Shown here: positions 1 to 9,880 of the stretch, piece by piece
How the letters are laid out: each line of letters starts with the position of its first letter
Numbering within the stretch: the first letter of the stretch is position 1
NCBI GenBank assembly: GCA_038260455.1
Contig: JBBSNU010000001.1
Coordinates: forward strand, 1 to 59,586
DNA: 59,586 bases
Source of the DNA: Chroococcales cyanobacterium
Lineage (GTDB): Bacteria; Cyanobacteriota; Cyanobacteriia; Cyanobacteriales; Microcoleaceae
Direction of reading: 5' to 3'
Translations under genes and position numbers: made by a program
Notes under the pieces: model-generated
What the model was told of the DNA's origin: nothing
Database searches by the model: none
The model's input: only the letters and a program-made list of their open reading frames with translations

Positions 1-162
1 CTTAGCAACTTAATTGATTGCCAAGTTCCAGATATTCAACATACAGGCTCTAAATACGAATACGCTGTAGAATGTCCCCGGCATAAAACATTAAAGAAGC
101 GTTTAGAAGCTTTGGCAAAAGTTGCTGAACTTGATTTAGAAGGGATGCCTTTTAGAAGATGA
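1..162 (+). CDS. 3' end of an unidentified CDS (partial)
   Basis: Frame 1 is open from base 1 to TGA at 160-162: LSNLIDCQVPDIQHTGSKYEYAVECPRHKTLKKRLEALAKVAELDLEGMPFRR*. No recognisable motif. Confidence 0.55.
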   Translation, partial: LSNLIDCQVPDIQHTGSKYEYAVECPRHKTLKKRLEALAKVAELDLEGMPFRR

Positions 163-480
163 GCCGGAAAATGCGATCGCTCCAAACGTTTAAGGTACAC
201 AGGGTTAGGGCTACTGTACGCAGATGGTTACAACAAATCGAACTCTCTCTTGGGCGATCGCTCTCTGGACTGGCGATCGAGTTCGAGGAATGGGCGATCG
301 CACGTCAAAGCTCTCTTGCTTAGCAAAAATGTTGAACGAACCAAAAAATAATTAGATACACGAAAAAACTTGAAGAGTTGCAAGAGTGTATATTTCAGAT
401 ATATGTCAAAATAGCACTTGACGGTTTCAGTGTTAAGATAATTTTCTAGTAACTTTTTATACAAATTCCCTAGAGGTACT

Positions 481-1731
481 GTGATGAGTAAGTTGGTCGT
501 GTTGAGTTTTGGTAATGGCGATTGCGTGGCAGGAGTTCAGAGTGTTACTTTACAGGTATGGCAAAATGGGAATATTTGGCTGACCAAATCTGTTGGGAGT
601 TTGCCACCAGCGCCGGAGATTTCTCAACTTTATACTAATTGGCAGTCAAGTTATCGCCGTCAGATGGAATTGAACTTTCGACGCGAAGAATCAAATAATC
701 CCAAGATGGGATCGAAGTCTCGACTAGAACCAAAATTAGGAGTTACTAACTATTCTAAATTGGATATTAATGATGCGGGTGAGGATTTAAAGGCGCGCAT
801 GAATGAATGGTTGAAATCCCCTAGCTTTACCCGCATCCGAGACCGGTTACTGATGACAGTCAGGCAAGATGATGAAGAAATCAGGTTCATCGTTCAAACT
901 GACAATTCGCAACTAAGGCTGTTACCTTGGCACTTGTGGGAGTTTTTCGATGACCATCCTAACGCAGAAGTAGCTTTAAGCCCCCTGGAATTCGATCGCC
1001 CTTTGAGAGATAGAGTGATTCCCAGAACAGAGGGTCGGATTTTGGCAATTCTTGGCGATAGTACGGGAATTGACATAGAAAGCGATCGCGAAGAGTTGAA
1101 AAAATTGCCGATTCAAACAGTCTTTCTTGCAGAAAAGTCACGGACAGAAGTGAATGACAAACTTTTGGATAGCCAAGGATGGGACATTCTTTTCTTCGCT
1201 GGCCATAGCGTGACAGAAGCTTCGGGGAAAAAAGGGGAATTTTTTATTAACCGCACCGAATCTTTAAATATTTCTAAATTTAAGAATACTTTAAAAAAAG
1301 TTATCAGAAAAGGGTTGAAATTGGCAATTTTTAACTCTTGCGACGGGTTAGGAATAGCTTCTGAGTTAGCATCCTTAAATATTCCTAATATAATTGTAAT
1401 GCGCGAGCCAGTGCCGGATTTGGTAGCTCAAGCATTTTTAAAGTATTTTTTAGAGGCTTTTTCACACCCGAAACCTTTGTATTTAGCAGTACGAGAAGCA
1501 CGGGAAAAATTGGAAGGTTTGGAGTATGACTCTCCTTGTGCTAGTTGGTTGCCAGTCATTTTTCAGAATCCGGCTGAGGAACCAGTGAGTTGGCAAGAAC
1601 TTTCTGGAATTAAATCTGAATGCTCGCAAGTTGTTCAGCCGTCGTTGGCAATAGTAGTTTGTCCATATTGCAAGTATGAAAATCCTGTAAATATTATTTT
1701 TTGTGAACAGTGTGGTTCTCAACTAAAATAA
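481..1731 (+). CDS. CHAT (caspase-like) protease with C-terminal zinc ribbon
   Basis: Catalytic motifs WDILFFAGHS and LAIFNSCDGLG; C-terminal CPYCKYENPVNIIFCEQCG; GAGG upstream of GTG/ATG. Confidence 0.9.
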   Translation: MMSKLVVLSFGNGDCVAGVQSVTLQVWQNGNIWLTKSVGSLPPAPEISQLYTNWQSSYRRQMELNFRREESNNPKMGSKSRLEPKLGVTNYSKLDINDAGEDLKARMNEWLKSPSFTRIRDRLLMTVRQDDEEIRFIVQTDNSQLRLLPWHLWEFFDDHPNAEVALSPLEFDRPLRDRVIPRTEGRILAILGDSTGIDIESDREELKKLPIQTVFLAEKSRTEVNDKLLDSQGWDILFFAGHSVTEASGKKGEFFINRTESLNISKFKNTLKKVIRKGLKLAIFNSCDGLGIASELASLNIPNIIVMREPVPDLVAQAFLKYFLEAFSHPKPLYLAVREAREKLEGLEYDSPCASWLPVIFQNPAEEPVSWQELSGIKSECSQVVQPSLAIVVCPYCKYENPVNIIFCEQCGSQLK

Positions 1732-1899
1732 TAGACATTAATAGAATAGAATAGCCTGTTTTGGGCAGGCTATATGGTCTGCTCCACAAGAATTATTCGA
1801 GATGTCTAATGTTAATTGCGCTCGCTGCGTTTTACTATCCACAAACTTCAGCAGAAATCTGATATTATACCGATTGTCAAAATTTATGCAACATTATCC

Positions 1900-1963
1900 G
1901 TAGGGTGCGGATTCATCGACAATCCTCAAGAAAGAACGATAATCTCACAGAGCCGCACCTTAC
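1900..1963. repeat. GTAG-type REP-like inverted repeat between convergent genes
   Basis: GTAGGGTGCGG (1900-1910) ... CCGCACCTTAC (1953-1963). Confidence 0.55.
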
Positions 1964-2031
1964 ACAATCGTTGAATAAAAAAATCCTAAATCGTTGTGTA
2001 ACAAGACTTTTTATCAATGATATTAATTAGA

Positions 2032-4170
2032 CTAAATTTCGACTTCAATTGCTTGAAAAGCTTGTTTAATACCTTGAGCTAAGCCCATTTTTTGCTGTAA
2101 ACCATAAAGCTCAATCGCTTTGCGATATGCTGACCACAGGGCGCGAAAATTTTCCACCTCGCCATTGCCAGTTTTTATATTGAGCAACACCCAGCCTAAA
2201 TTATGATGTGCCTCGGCATAGTCTGGTCTTAGCTGAATGGCTTTTTCCAAATATGACCGCGCTGGCAACCACTGTCCCTGTCGCGCCAACAATGTACCTA
2301 AACGTAATTGTGTAAAGGCATCAGGCAGAAATTTCTGATGGCAAGCTTCATAGGCTTTGATAGCCCCAGTAATATTTTCTGTATGTTCGCAAACAATTCC
2401 TAAATCCCCAAATATCCAGACAGGGGCTTGTGCTTGGCGCGACGCTTTTTCAAAATTCGGAATAGCATCAGTCCACAGCCCTTGCAAGGCTTGCTTCCAA
2501 CCTATAAATCCCCAGGCAAAACTACTATCAGGAACTTGAATAATAAACTCTTGAAGGCATCGCTCGACATCGCGAGCTTCTTGGGTGACTACTATTCTAT
2601 ATAGGGCGATAGTTAGGCAAGGATATGCCCAGCGTAGCAGTTCGCGATCGCTCTGAAAATTAGCTTGCTTTGCCTTGGAAATAGCTGGTCTAGCATGACC
2701 GATCGCTGTTTTCCAGTCTTTTTGATGCACGGCGATCCATCCTTTCATTCCCAGTACAAAAGCTGATGTGCGCTTGATTTTAGTAAGGTGATCGACTGCA
2801 TCTTCTGCTTCGAGTTGAATGGCGCGCGAGACTGCAATGTCTGCTTGCTGCCAATTCTCTGTCTTGCCTAAAGCCCATGCTAAATTAGCTTGTATCCAAG
2901 CCTCGTGAGAGCAAAGGTTAGCTGCTTGCTGCAACTGTCTGACGGCTTCTGACCAATTTGATTTGCGACAGTTGATCAGGCCCAGCACTCCATAGCCCCT
3001 GCCATCGTTGGGTTTCAGTTGAATGGCTTTCTGTGCCGTAACTTCTGCCTGAGAGTCATTGAGGTGAATCAAAACTAGGGACAATTCTACGGCTGCATCA
3101 CCGTTGTTAGGTTCGTCAGTCAGACATTTTTCGTAAGCTTGGACGGCTTCGGCTAATTTTCCTTGTTTCACTAAATCGTGCGATCGCCTGTGCAGGGGTG
3201 AAACAAAGTGACCTTTGAGCGCATCAATGAGTTGATCGGCAGTTTGAAATCTCTCCTCTACCCTCATTCTCATTCCGGTTAAAATTACCTGTTCAGTTAA
3301 AGCACTAATATCAGGTCGCAATTTTCGAGGTGAAGTGAGGGTTTCTGAGGATACTCGATCGGTAGCAGCGGCTGGTGGCTCCCCAGTTAATAATTCATAC
3401 ATTGAGGCACACAAAGCATAAAAGTCTGTAGCCGGATAGCGTTTACCTTTTGCTGAATACTGTTCAAGAGGAGCATATCCAGGAGTTAGCAACTGCGTCA
3501 TATTAGTAGTTTGATTAGCAATAAACTCTCTAGTAGCACCAAAATCAATCAAAACCGCTCTATTTTGATTGTCGATGATAATATTCTCTGGCTTAATATC
3601 CCTATGTAATAGATTTTGCAAATGCACAACTTTTAAGGCTTCAGCTACTTCAATTATATAGCGTTTTACCCGTTCTTCTGATAAAGGTTTTTCATCTTTC
3701 CATAGCTGATGTAATGATTTGCCCGAAATAAATTCCATAATTATATAAGCAGTATTATTCTCTTCAAACCAGTCGTACACCTTAGCAATATTAGGGTGGA
3801 TACATTTCGATAAATATTTAGCTTCAAGCTGAAATTTGCTGAGTTGCTGTTTCCGCTCTGGAGGAAGAATAGAACTTGACCAAGTAATACTTGTGCCTTG
3901 TCTTAGTGATTTTTCTGGCCACAGTTCTTTGATAGCAACCTCTCGCGAATTTGTCGAGTCAGTACCTTTATAAGTAATGCCAAATCCCCCTTCTCCCAAA
4001 GTTTTTTCTATCCTGTAACGCCCCTGTTTTAGTAATGCGCCAGCAGACAAATGATAGGTAGATGAATTGTTAGTGCTAGAAGTAAAATTCAGACTAAAAC
4101 CACAGGCTGTACAGCTAATTGTACTGTCGGAGTTTTCTGTCATGCAGGCTGGGCAGATAATAGTAGACAT
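2032..4170 (-). CDS. Ser/Thr protein kinase with N-terminal zinc ribbon and C-terminal TPR repeats
   Basis: CPAC...CTACG; GEGGFG, VAIKE, HRDIKPEN, DFG, GYAPLE; TPR-like helices (e.g. AIQLRPDYAEAHHNLG). Start moved from 4239 to the ATG at 4170 (MSTIICPAC), which has a GAGG RBS. Confidence 0.92.
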   Translation of the reverse strand: MSTIICPACMTENSDSTISCTACGFSLNFTSSTNNSSTYHLSAGALLKQGRYRIEKTLGEGGFGITYKGTDSTNSREVAIKELWPEKSLRQGTSITWSSSILPPERKQQLSKFQLEAKYLSKCIHPNIAKVYDWFEENNTAYIIMEFISGKSLHQLWKDEKPLSEERVKRYIIEVAEALKVVHLQNLLHRDIKPENIIIDNQNRAVLIDFGATREFIANQTTNMTQLLTPGYAPLEQYSAKGKRYPATDFYALCASMYELLTGEPPAAATDRVSSETLTSPRKLRPDISALTEQVILTGMRMRVEERFQTADQLIDALKGHFVSPLHRRSHDLVKQGKLAEAVQAYEKCLTDEPNNGDAAVELSLVLIHLNDSQAEVTAQKAIQLKPNDGRGYGVLGLINCRKSNWSEAVRQLQQAANLCSHEAWIQANLAWALGKTENWQQADIAVSRAIQLEAEDAVDHLTKIKRTSAFVLGMKGWIAVHQKDWKTAIGHARPAISKAKQANFQSDRELLRWAYPCLTIALYRIVVTQEARDVERCLQEFIIQVPDSSFAWGFIGWKQALQGLWTDAIPNFEKASRQAQAPVWIFGDLGIVCEHTENITGAIKAYEACHQKFLPDAFTQLRLGTLLARQGQWLPARSYLEKAIQLRPDYAEAHHNLGWVLLNIKTGNGEVENFRALWSAYRKAIELYGLQQKMGLAQGIKQAFQAIEVEI

Positions 4171-4192
4171 TGTAGTTACCTCATGTAAAATT

Positions 4193-5488
4193 TCAAGTAT
4201 CTTGGAAGCGGAAGCGAACTTTACCAAAAGCAATCTCATCCCCTGAAGTTAAAGTTTGAGGTGCAGTGATTTTTGGGCCGAATCTTTTCTCTCCATTCCG
4301 TTTGATGAAGGTTCCGTTGGTTGAATCTAAATCTATGATATTCCACCTTCCCTCCTCTTGATAAATTCCTGCGTGTTCGGCGGATACTGTCTCATCACCA
4401 GAAAAACCAGCAAAATTAATATTTACGGCTTCTGAACATACATCAATTCTCCCTATGATTAATCGGTTTTTATCTAAGACAAATTCTCGGACATGATTTA
4501 GAGATTGTACATAAATCAATTTGGCGGTTGCACCGCTTCCACCGCTTCCTCTTAAAGCTTGAATGAGTTGATCGGCAGTTTGAAATCTTTCCTCTACCTT
4601 CATTCTCATTCCCGTTAAAATGACTTGTTCAATTAAAGGATCAAGCCCAGGAAGTAACTGTCGGGGCGAGACGAGGGTATCTGTGTGAATTCTCTCTGTT
4701 GCCTCTGGGGGAAGTTCACCTGTTAGCACTTCATACATTGAGGCACAGAGAGCATAAATATCTGTGGCTGCATAGCGTTTACTTTTATAGCTATATTGTT
4801 CCAGGGGAGCGTATCCTCGTGTCAGGGTGACGCTCATTTGTCTGGTTTGTCCGGCAATAAACTCTTTGGTAGCGCCAAAATCAATGAGAATTGCTCTATC
4901 TTGTCGATCGATAATGATATTGTCTGGTTTGATGTCTCGGTGCAGCAAATTAGCCCCGTGAATCACTCTCAGAGCTTCTGCTAGTTGAATCAAGTAGCGT
5001 TTGACTCGTTCTTTCGGTAGAGTCCCCTCTTCTTCAATAATTGTTGAGAGCGGTTTTCCGGCAATAAAATCCATTACCACATAGGCGGTATTATTTTCTT
5101 GAAATGAGTCATAAACCCTCACGATGTTTGGGTGTATGCACTTAGATAAACACTCGGCTTCTGTTGCTACTTTCTTCAGTTGCTCATCTCGGCTTTTGGG
5201 AGTAGTTGTGTGCGGCCAAACAACTGTTGTTCCTTGTCGGCTGGCTTTTTCTGGCCAATTTTCTTTGATAGCCACATTCCGGGAATTAACTAAGTCCACT
5301 CCCCCGTAGGTGATGCCAAATCCACCTTCACCAATGATTTTTTCAACGCGGTATTTCCCTTGCAGGAGCAAACTGCCAGCAGGTAAATGATAGGTAGGTG
5401 ATTGCAGTATTAAGGGTGCACCGCAAGTTATACACATTGTTGCGGTGCTCTGATTCTCCTGGGAACAAAACGGACAGATAATTGACAT
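4193..5488 (-). CDS. Ser/Thr protein kinase with N-terminal zinc ribbon and C-terminal FHA domain
   Basis: CPFC...CITCG; GEGGFG, VAIKE, HRDIKPDN, DFG; FHA motifs IIGR, VSAEHA, DLDSTNGT. Confidence 0.93.
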   Translation of the reverse strand: MSIICPFCSQENQSTATMCITCGAPLILQSPTYHLPAGSLLLQGKYRVEKIIGEGGFGITYGGVDLVNSRNVAIKENWPEKASRQGTTVVWPHTTTPKSRDEQLKKVATEAECLSKCIHPNIVRVYDSFQENNTAYVVMDFIAGKPLSTIIEEEGTLPKERVKRYLIQLAEALRVIHGANLLHRDIKPDNIIIDRQDRAILIDFGATKEFIAGQTRQMSVTLTRGYAPLEQYSYKSKRYAATDIYALCASMYEVLTGELPPEATERIHTDTLVSPRQLLPGLDPLIEQVILTGMRMKVEERFQTADQLIQALRGSGGSGATAKLIYVQSLNHVREFVLDKNRLIIGRIDVCSEAVNINFAGFSGDETVSAEHAGIYQEEGRWNIIDLDSTNGTFIKRNGEKRFGPKITAPQTLTSGDEIAFGKVRFRFQDT

Positions 5489-5512
5489 TGCTGGTATCTA
5501 CTCCGGCTAATT

Positions 5513-7483
5513 TTAGTAACTATTTTCTGGATTACAATGAAGTTGTAATGCTAAAAGTGTGGCGTTATCGGGCGCTCCTCCTTTGAGAACGCGATCGATA
5601 GTTTCATCAACGGCTGTTTGTAATATCGACTCTTGGGCAAAAATTCCCGCCAGTTCGTCTTTATCAACTAAATCCCAGACTCCATCCGAACATAAAAGCA
5701 AGATATCCCCATCTTCTAAGAGCATAGATAAGCCTTCGCTAGAACGGCTTAAATCTTGAACGTAGCCGTTGCTTAATCGGCGCTTTGAACCGATCGATTT
5801 AGTGAGAACGTTGCGATCTGGGTGATCTAGACTCTCTTCATAGGTGATTTCACCGCTCGCAACGAGCATGGCGACAAGTGAGTGGTCTTCGCTTAACTGC
5901 TGCAATTCTTTGTTTCTTACCAGGTAAATGCGACTATCTCCGACGTGAGCTATCATTAAGTCTCGCCCGACTGCTAGAACTATACTTAATGTAGTTCCTC
6001 CATCGCGCACGTTAGTGGCTACGGATTCATTGGCTTTTTGGACTAATGAAAGCAGCCATTCTGACTTTTGCTCTACAGTTTTGAACTCAGCAGATATAGG
6101 TTCTTCTAAGGTGGTTTCGACTGCTAATTTGCTAGCAACTTCGCCTTGAGACATACCACCCATGCCATCGGCAACAACTCCCAAAATCAAGGATTCGGAA
6201 TTGCTTAATTGCACTTGTCTAATGCCATAGCTATCTTCGTTTTGAAGGCGGCTAGTTGATAGTCCGACTGTTGAACGGCTGGCGACATTCCACTCGATTC
6301 TTTTAGTAGGGAATGACTGGCGAGTTTCCACTAACAGGCTTAAGAGTTGAGAGAGAGAAAAGCGCTCTTCTGGGATGGGAGAGAGAGAAATTTTGAGCAG
6401 TTGATAAATCCGGGGAATCGGTTGAATATTGATGTCTAATTTGTTGTCGCGGGGTAGGGGTTGTTTGTGAATGGATTGATACAACAAGGCTCCGATCGCA
6501 TAGCTACTCATTGATTCGTGGACGGGATGGGTACCTATGGCAAGTTCGGGGGCGCAGTAGTTTCCCGACAAACCCGATCGCATTTGTTCGCCGATCGCGT
6601 AAACTCCTGTTAAGTCAAAAAATTTGATCGGAGTTCCCATTTGAATCAGTTGGGGGAGGATGTGGACAACACACCAACCTTTCTGGTATATATATCGAAA
6701 AAATTGGCAGACTTGGCTGCTGAGATATAATGAGGATTCTAGAGAATTATCTCCGGCCAGCCAAGCTTCTAATGTTGAGCTTTCTTCTGGAAGATAGCTT
6801 AAAAGGATAAGTTTGTGCTCATCACCCGTTTCAGAAATTATGTCCTTTTGTGGATGGTATTCCTCATCTAAATACTCTGATTTTGCCTCGGTTACTTCCT
6901 CAGCAGCATCCGGTTCATCCCTCGGTGTTTCGCACTTGGGATCAGATTCATCGGGAAATTTCTCGGCTTCGTCTGCTACGGAATTAAGAGATTCATCATT
7001 AATAGATTGTTCTGAACCTGCTACTACATCAGGATCTAGATTCTTAGGTTCATCTGGCTTTGCTAGTGAATCATTAGCTTGATGATTATTGGCTGCATCT
7101 GTCTCTGCTACTAAATCATGAACTTGATGATTATTGGCTGCATCTAAAATTGGTGGGCGGTTTTTATCGCTTTCTTCTTGCTGCAAAGGAGGCCGAAAAT
7201 CTATAACTACCGACTCTTTTGTGGTATGAGCCAGCAGTTCGCCTATCATTTTGTATTCTTTTAAATCCTCCCGCAATTTGAGTTCTCGACTTAGCCCGCC
7301 CTCAGTGGAGCCGACGCGCAGCAAACCTAATTTTCCAGGTTCCGAACTGTCGCTTTTAGGAGAAATATTCACTTGAAAGTAGTAAATACTTGGTGTCAGT
7401 TGACCTAGATACAAGAGAATTTCTACTTGATGGTTTTCTATCTGAATGATGCCTTTTTCTTGAATCACAAGATCAGTGTTCAT
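5513..7483 (-). CDS. PP2C-family Ser/Thr phosphatase fused to an N-terminal degenerate kinase-like domain
   Basis: PP2C motifs RLQNEDS, VADGMGG, HVGDSR, LCSDG, DNAT. The upstream part keeps GNYCAPE and PEERF but lacks HRD and DFG. Confidence 0.88.
   Translation of the reverse strand: MNTDLVIQEKGIIQIENHQVEILLYLGQLTPSIYYFQVNISPKSDSSEPGKLGLLRVGSTEGGLSRELKLREDLKEYKMIGELLAHTTKESVVIDFRPPLQQEESDKNRPPILDAANNHQVHDLVAETDAANNHQANDSLAKPDEPKNLDPDVVAGSEQSINDESLNSVADEAEKFPDESDPKCETPRDEPDAAEEVTEAKSEYLDEEYHPQKDIISETGDEHKLILLSYLPEESSTLEAWLAGDNSLESSLYLSSQVCQFFRYIYQKGWCVVHILPQLIQMGTPIKFFDLTGVYAIGEQMRSGLSGNYCAPELAIGTHPVHESMSSYAIGALLYQSIHKQPLPRDNKLDINIQPIPRIYQLLKISLSPIPEERFSLSQLLSLLVETRQSFPTKRIEWNVASRSTVGLSTSRLQNEDSYGIRQVQLSNSESLILGVVADGMGGMSQGEVASKLAVETTLEEPISAEFKTVEQKSEWLLSLVQKANESVATNVRDGGTTLSIVLAVGRDLMIAHVGDSRIYLVRNKELQQLSEDHSLVAMLVASGEITYEESLDHPDRNVLTKSIGSKRRLSNGYVQDLSRSSEGLSMLLEDGDILLLCSDGVWDLVDKDELAGIFAQESILQTAVDETIDRVLKGGAPDNATLLALQLHCNPENSY
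7078..7145. repeat. In-frame 45-bp-period duplication in the acidic linker (DAANNHQ x2)
   Basis: CTTGATGATTATTGGCTGCATCT at 7078-7100 and 7123-7145. Confidence 0.8.
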
Positions 7484-7538
7484 ATTAATCTGTAAGTAGG
7501 TAATGATTTTTGATTGTTTGCGGTCAGTGTTTGGAGAT

Positions 7539-7565
7539 TTACCTACCCTTTTGGGGGGTAGGTAA
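7539..7565. terminator. Intergenic hairpin (terminator or mRNA-stabilising stem)
   Basis: TTACCTACCC-N7-GGGTAGGTAA, a perfect 10-bp stem between the FHA and PP2C genes. Confidence 0.5.
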
Positions 7566-7679
7566 GTTTTGCAGGATAGTTCTAGACGCAGAACCTAATT
7601 ATGTAGGGTGCAATCTAAGCACCTTACTGCTATCAGTAGCGTTTAAAACTACTTTTTGCGTAAGTTGAGCAGGAGCTAA

Positions 7680-8219
7680 TTAGGGACTTTGAAAGAGGAA
7701 TTTAATTTTGGCGATCGCAATTTCATCTCCACTATTTAAAACTTCAGGGATCGTAATCCTTGCACCGAAGCGAGACTCACCGGAACGTTTAATGAAAATA
7801 CTGTTAACAGAACCGAGATCCTTAATTTTCCAAACCCCTCCTTCTAGATAAATTTCCCCATGCTGGCGCGAAATTGTTTCGTCACCGGGGAACCCTTCTA
7901 AATCAATGTCAACAGGGCCGCTATCTGGGTCAAACTTGCCGATAAGCATATTGCTGCCATCAAGGGGAAACTCTGATGTCGGAGCACCGGCTTGTTTACA
8001 AATGAGTTTGGCGGTTGCTGCTGAGGTGGGGAAAGTAGGAGCTGGATAGTTAGGTTGCGGTGCAGGTTGCGGTGTAAAAATTGGTTCTGGAGACTGAACT
8101 ACAGTGGGCGCTGTGGGTTCCGGCGATCCGGATGCGGTGCTGAGTTCGTAGCCGCAAGCATCGCAGAATTCTGCATCGCTTGGGTTTTCATAATGACAGG
8201 CGGGACAGGTAATAGCCAT
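7680..8219 (-). CDS. Zinc ribbon + Pro-rich linker + FHA domain protein
   Basis: CPACHYENPSDAEFCDACG; FHA LIGK...ISRQHG...DLGSVNS. Confidence 0.9.
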   Translation of the reverse strand: MAITCPACHYENPSDAEFCDACGYELSTASGSPEPTAPTVVQSPEPIFTPQPAPQPNYPAPTFPTSAATAKLICKQAGAPTSEFPLDGSNMLIGKFDPDSGPVDIDLEGFPGDETISRQHGEIYLEGGVWKIKDLGSVNSIFIKRSGESRFGARITIPEVLNSGDEIAIAKIKFLFQSP

Positions 8220-8302
8220 TGAGATTGCTCCTTTGTTTGAGAATAAATAAATTTGATTTTTGGGTTGGTGTTTTGTCGGTTACAAACAGGTAGTAGCACA
8301 AA

Positions 8303-8370
8303 ATTGTAGGTGCGTCATGGGATAAAATACTAATTCTTCGTACTATTTTCCAGCATGACGCACCTACAAT
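8303..8370. repeat. REP/MITE-like element with perfect 17-bp inverted repeats
   Basis: ATTGTAGGTGCGTCATG (8303-8319) / CATGACGCACCTACAAT (8354-8370). Confidence 0.75.
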
Positions 8371-8439
8371 CTAATTAAAGTGTGACTGGTATTTAGCCGC
8401 TTACAAACAGGTAGATTGACCCTAGTAAAAACTATCAAT

Positions 8440-9825
8440 CTAGGTTCCCGATAGCTTGCGAATTTGTTCTTCTGAAAGCTGGTCGTCATTGATATCCCCG
8501 CCCATTTTGACGGTTTTACTTTTGGAACCCATTTTGACGGTTTTGCGAGTTCCATCAGAAATTTTGCGGGTTTTTCGCAACTCGTCTTGAGCTTGATTGA
8601 GAGATTCAGTCATAGCGTCGTTGCCAATTCTTACCGTCATCCGACGGGCTGTTTCTAGCAGTTCTTCAGCTTTTTGAGGATTGCTCTCGGCAACGCGCGT
8701 AGCCTGATTAACGAGTTGGGAAATGTTGGACTGCTGTACATAACTCATGACTTCTGGATCTACTTGGGCGGCAACTTGTCCGGTGACAAATTGTACGAGT
8801 AGATTTTCTGGTGGCAATTCGCCGCGCCGATTTTGTCCTGGAACATCGTAGGTTAAGCCCATTTGGGCAATTCTGACGCGGGATGCGGCGCGACTTTCGA
8901 TGCTGAATTCTAAGATGAAAATAGTCTCATCATTCGCTACAGCATTGCCCAAGGGATAGGGTTCTTGAGTTAGGGGAAATTCGGCTAGAGTCGGATAGAC
9001 GCGGACGATGCGAGTTAGTTTTACGCCTTTAACTGTTTTGATGGTTAAGGCTAAGTTGGTGATAACTTCTTTTTTTGCTTCGCTGAATTCCTGAATGATT
9101 GTATCCGGAAGATTGGTGATGGAAACTGCTGTGCCACCATGATTTTGTTCCGCCACAATGTGCATTTGAGATCCACCCGTCGTATCACTGAGATGGTTAA
9201 GTAAATCTTCGTTAAATTCTCCGACTCCTAATGCTGTAATAGGAACATTGTTGGTGGCAAATTCGCTGGCGATCGCTCTGCATACATCTTCGTCAAAGGT
9301 TTGACCGTCGGTGAACAGCACGGTGCGCCGGATGGTCATGTTTTGCCCCGATAGCAAGCTTAACGCGCCCCGCAAACCCAATCCCATGCGCGTGCCGCCG
9401 GAAAATTCTCGCAAGCGTTCGATCGCACTTTCTAACTGACTGATTTGAGTAGCTGGTGTGAGTCCGATAATCGTAGAAGCTGAGTCATCAAACTGGACAA
9501 TGGCAATGCGATCGCTCGCCCCAAGTTTGCCAGAGTGAATCAGTCTCTTTAGGGACTCCATCACAATGTCAATCTTGGTTCGCCCACCGGTGACTCCCAT
9601 ATACTCTTGACCGTCTACCGTAAATGTTTGACCAGTAGGTACGGACTCGCCCACTACGACTTCGTACATGGAACCGCTGGTATCAATCAGAAAAACAAAA
9701 GTTGTGGATGGGCGCGTATTTGCTACTTCTTTTGTCGGTCGCAGCTTCAGCATTACAAACAGTTTTTGTTCGGCTGCATCGCAGGGCAAAAATTCTCGGT
9801 GGGGTGCAATTTGGACATTCAGCAT
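8440..9825 (-). CDS. Cytoplasmic vWA domain protein
   Basis: MIDAS DTSGSM, GGTRM, LFTDG; helical C-terminus; AAGGA RBS. Confidence 0.9.
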   Translation of the reverse strand: MLNVQIAPHREFLPCDAAEQKLFVMLKLRPTKEVANTRPSTTFVFLIDTSGSMYEVVVGESVPTGQTFTVDGQEYMGVTGGRTKIDIVMESLKRLIHSGKLGASDRIAIVQFDDSASTIIGLTPATQISQLESAIERLREFSGGTRMGLGLRGALSLLSGQNMTIRRTVLFTDGQTFDEDVCRAIASEFATNNVPITALGVGEFNEDLLNHLSDTTGGSQMHIVAEQNHGGTAVSITNLPDTIIQEFSEAKKEVITNLALTIKTVKGVKLTRIVRVYPTLAEFPLTQEPYPLGNAVANDETIFILEFSIESRAASRVRIAQMGLTYDVPGQNRRGELPPENLLVQFVTGQVAAQVDPEVMSYVQQSNISQLVNQATRVAESNPQKAEELLETARRMTVRIGNDAMTESLNQAQDELRKTRKISDGTRKTVKMGSKSKTVKMGGDINDDQLSEEQIRKLSGT

Positions 9826-9880
9826 TGTGTTGTTATCCTTGTGAAAATTATCTCACGATATTTGAAAATTGTTCCGATTC

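Noticed and set aside
228-464. 78-aa minus-strand ORF
   Set aside because: AT-rich upstream region plus HIP1-rich repeats, with no motif; likely spurious.
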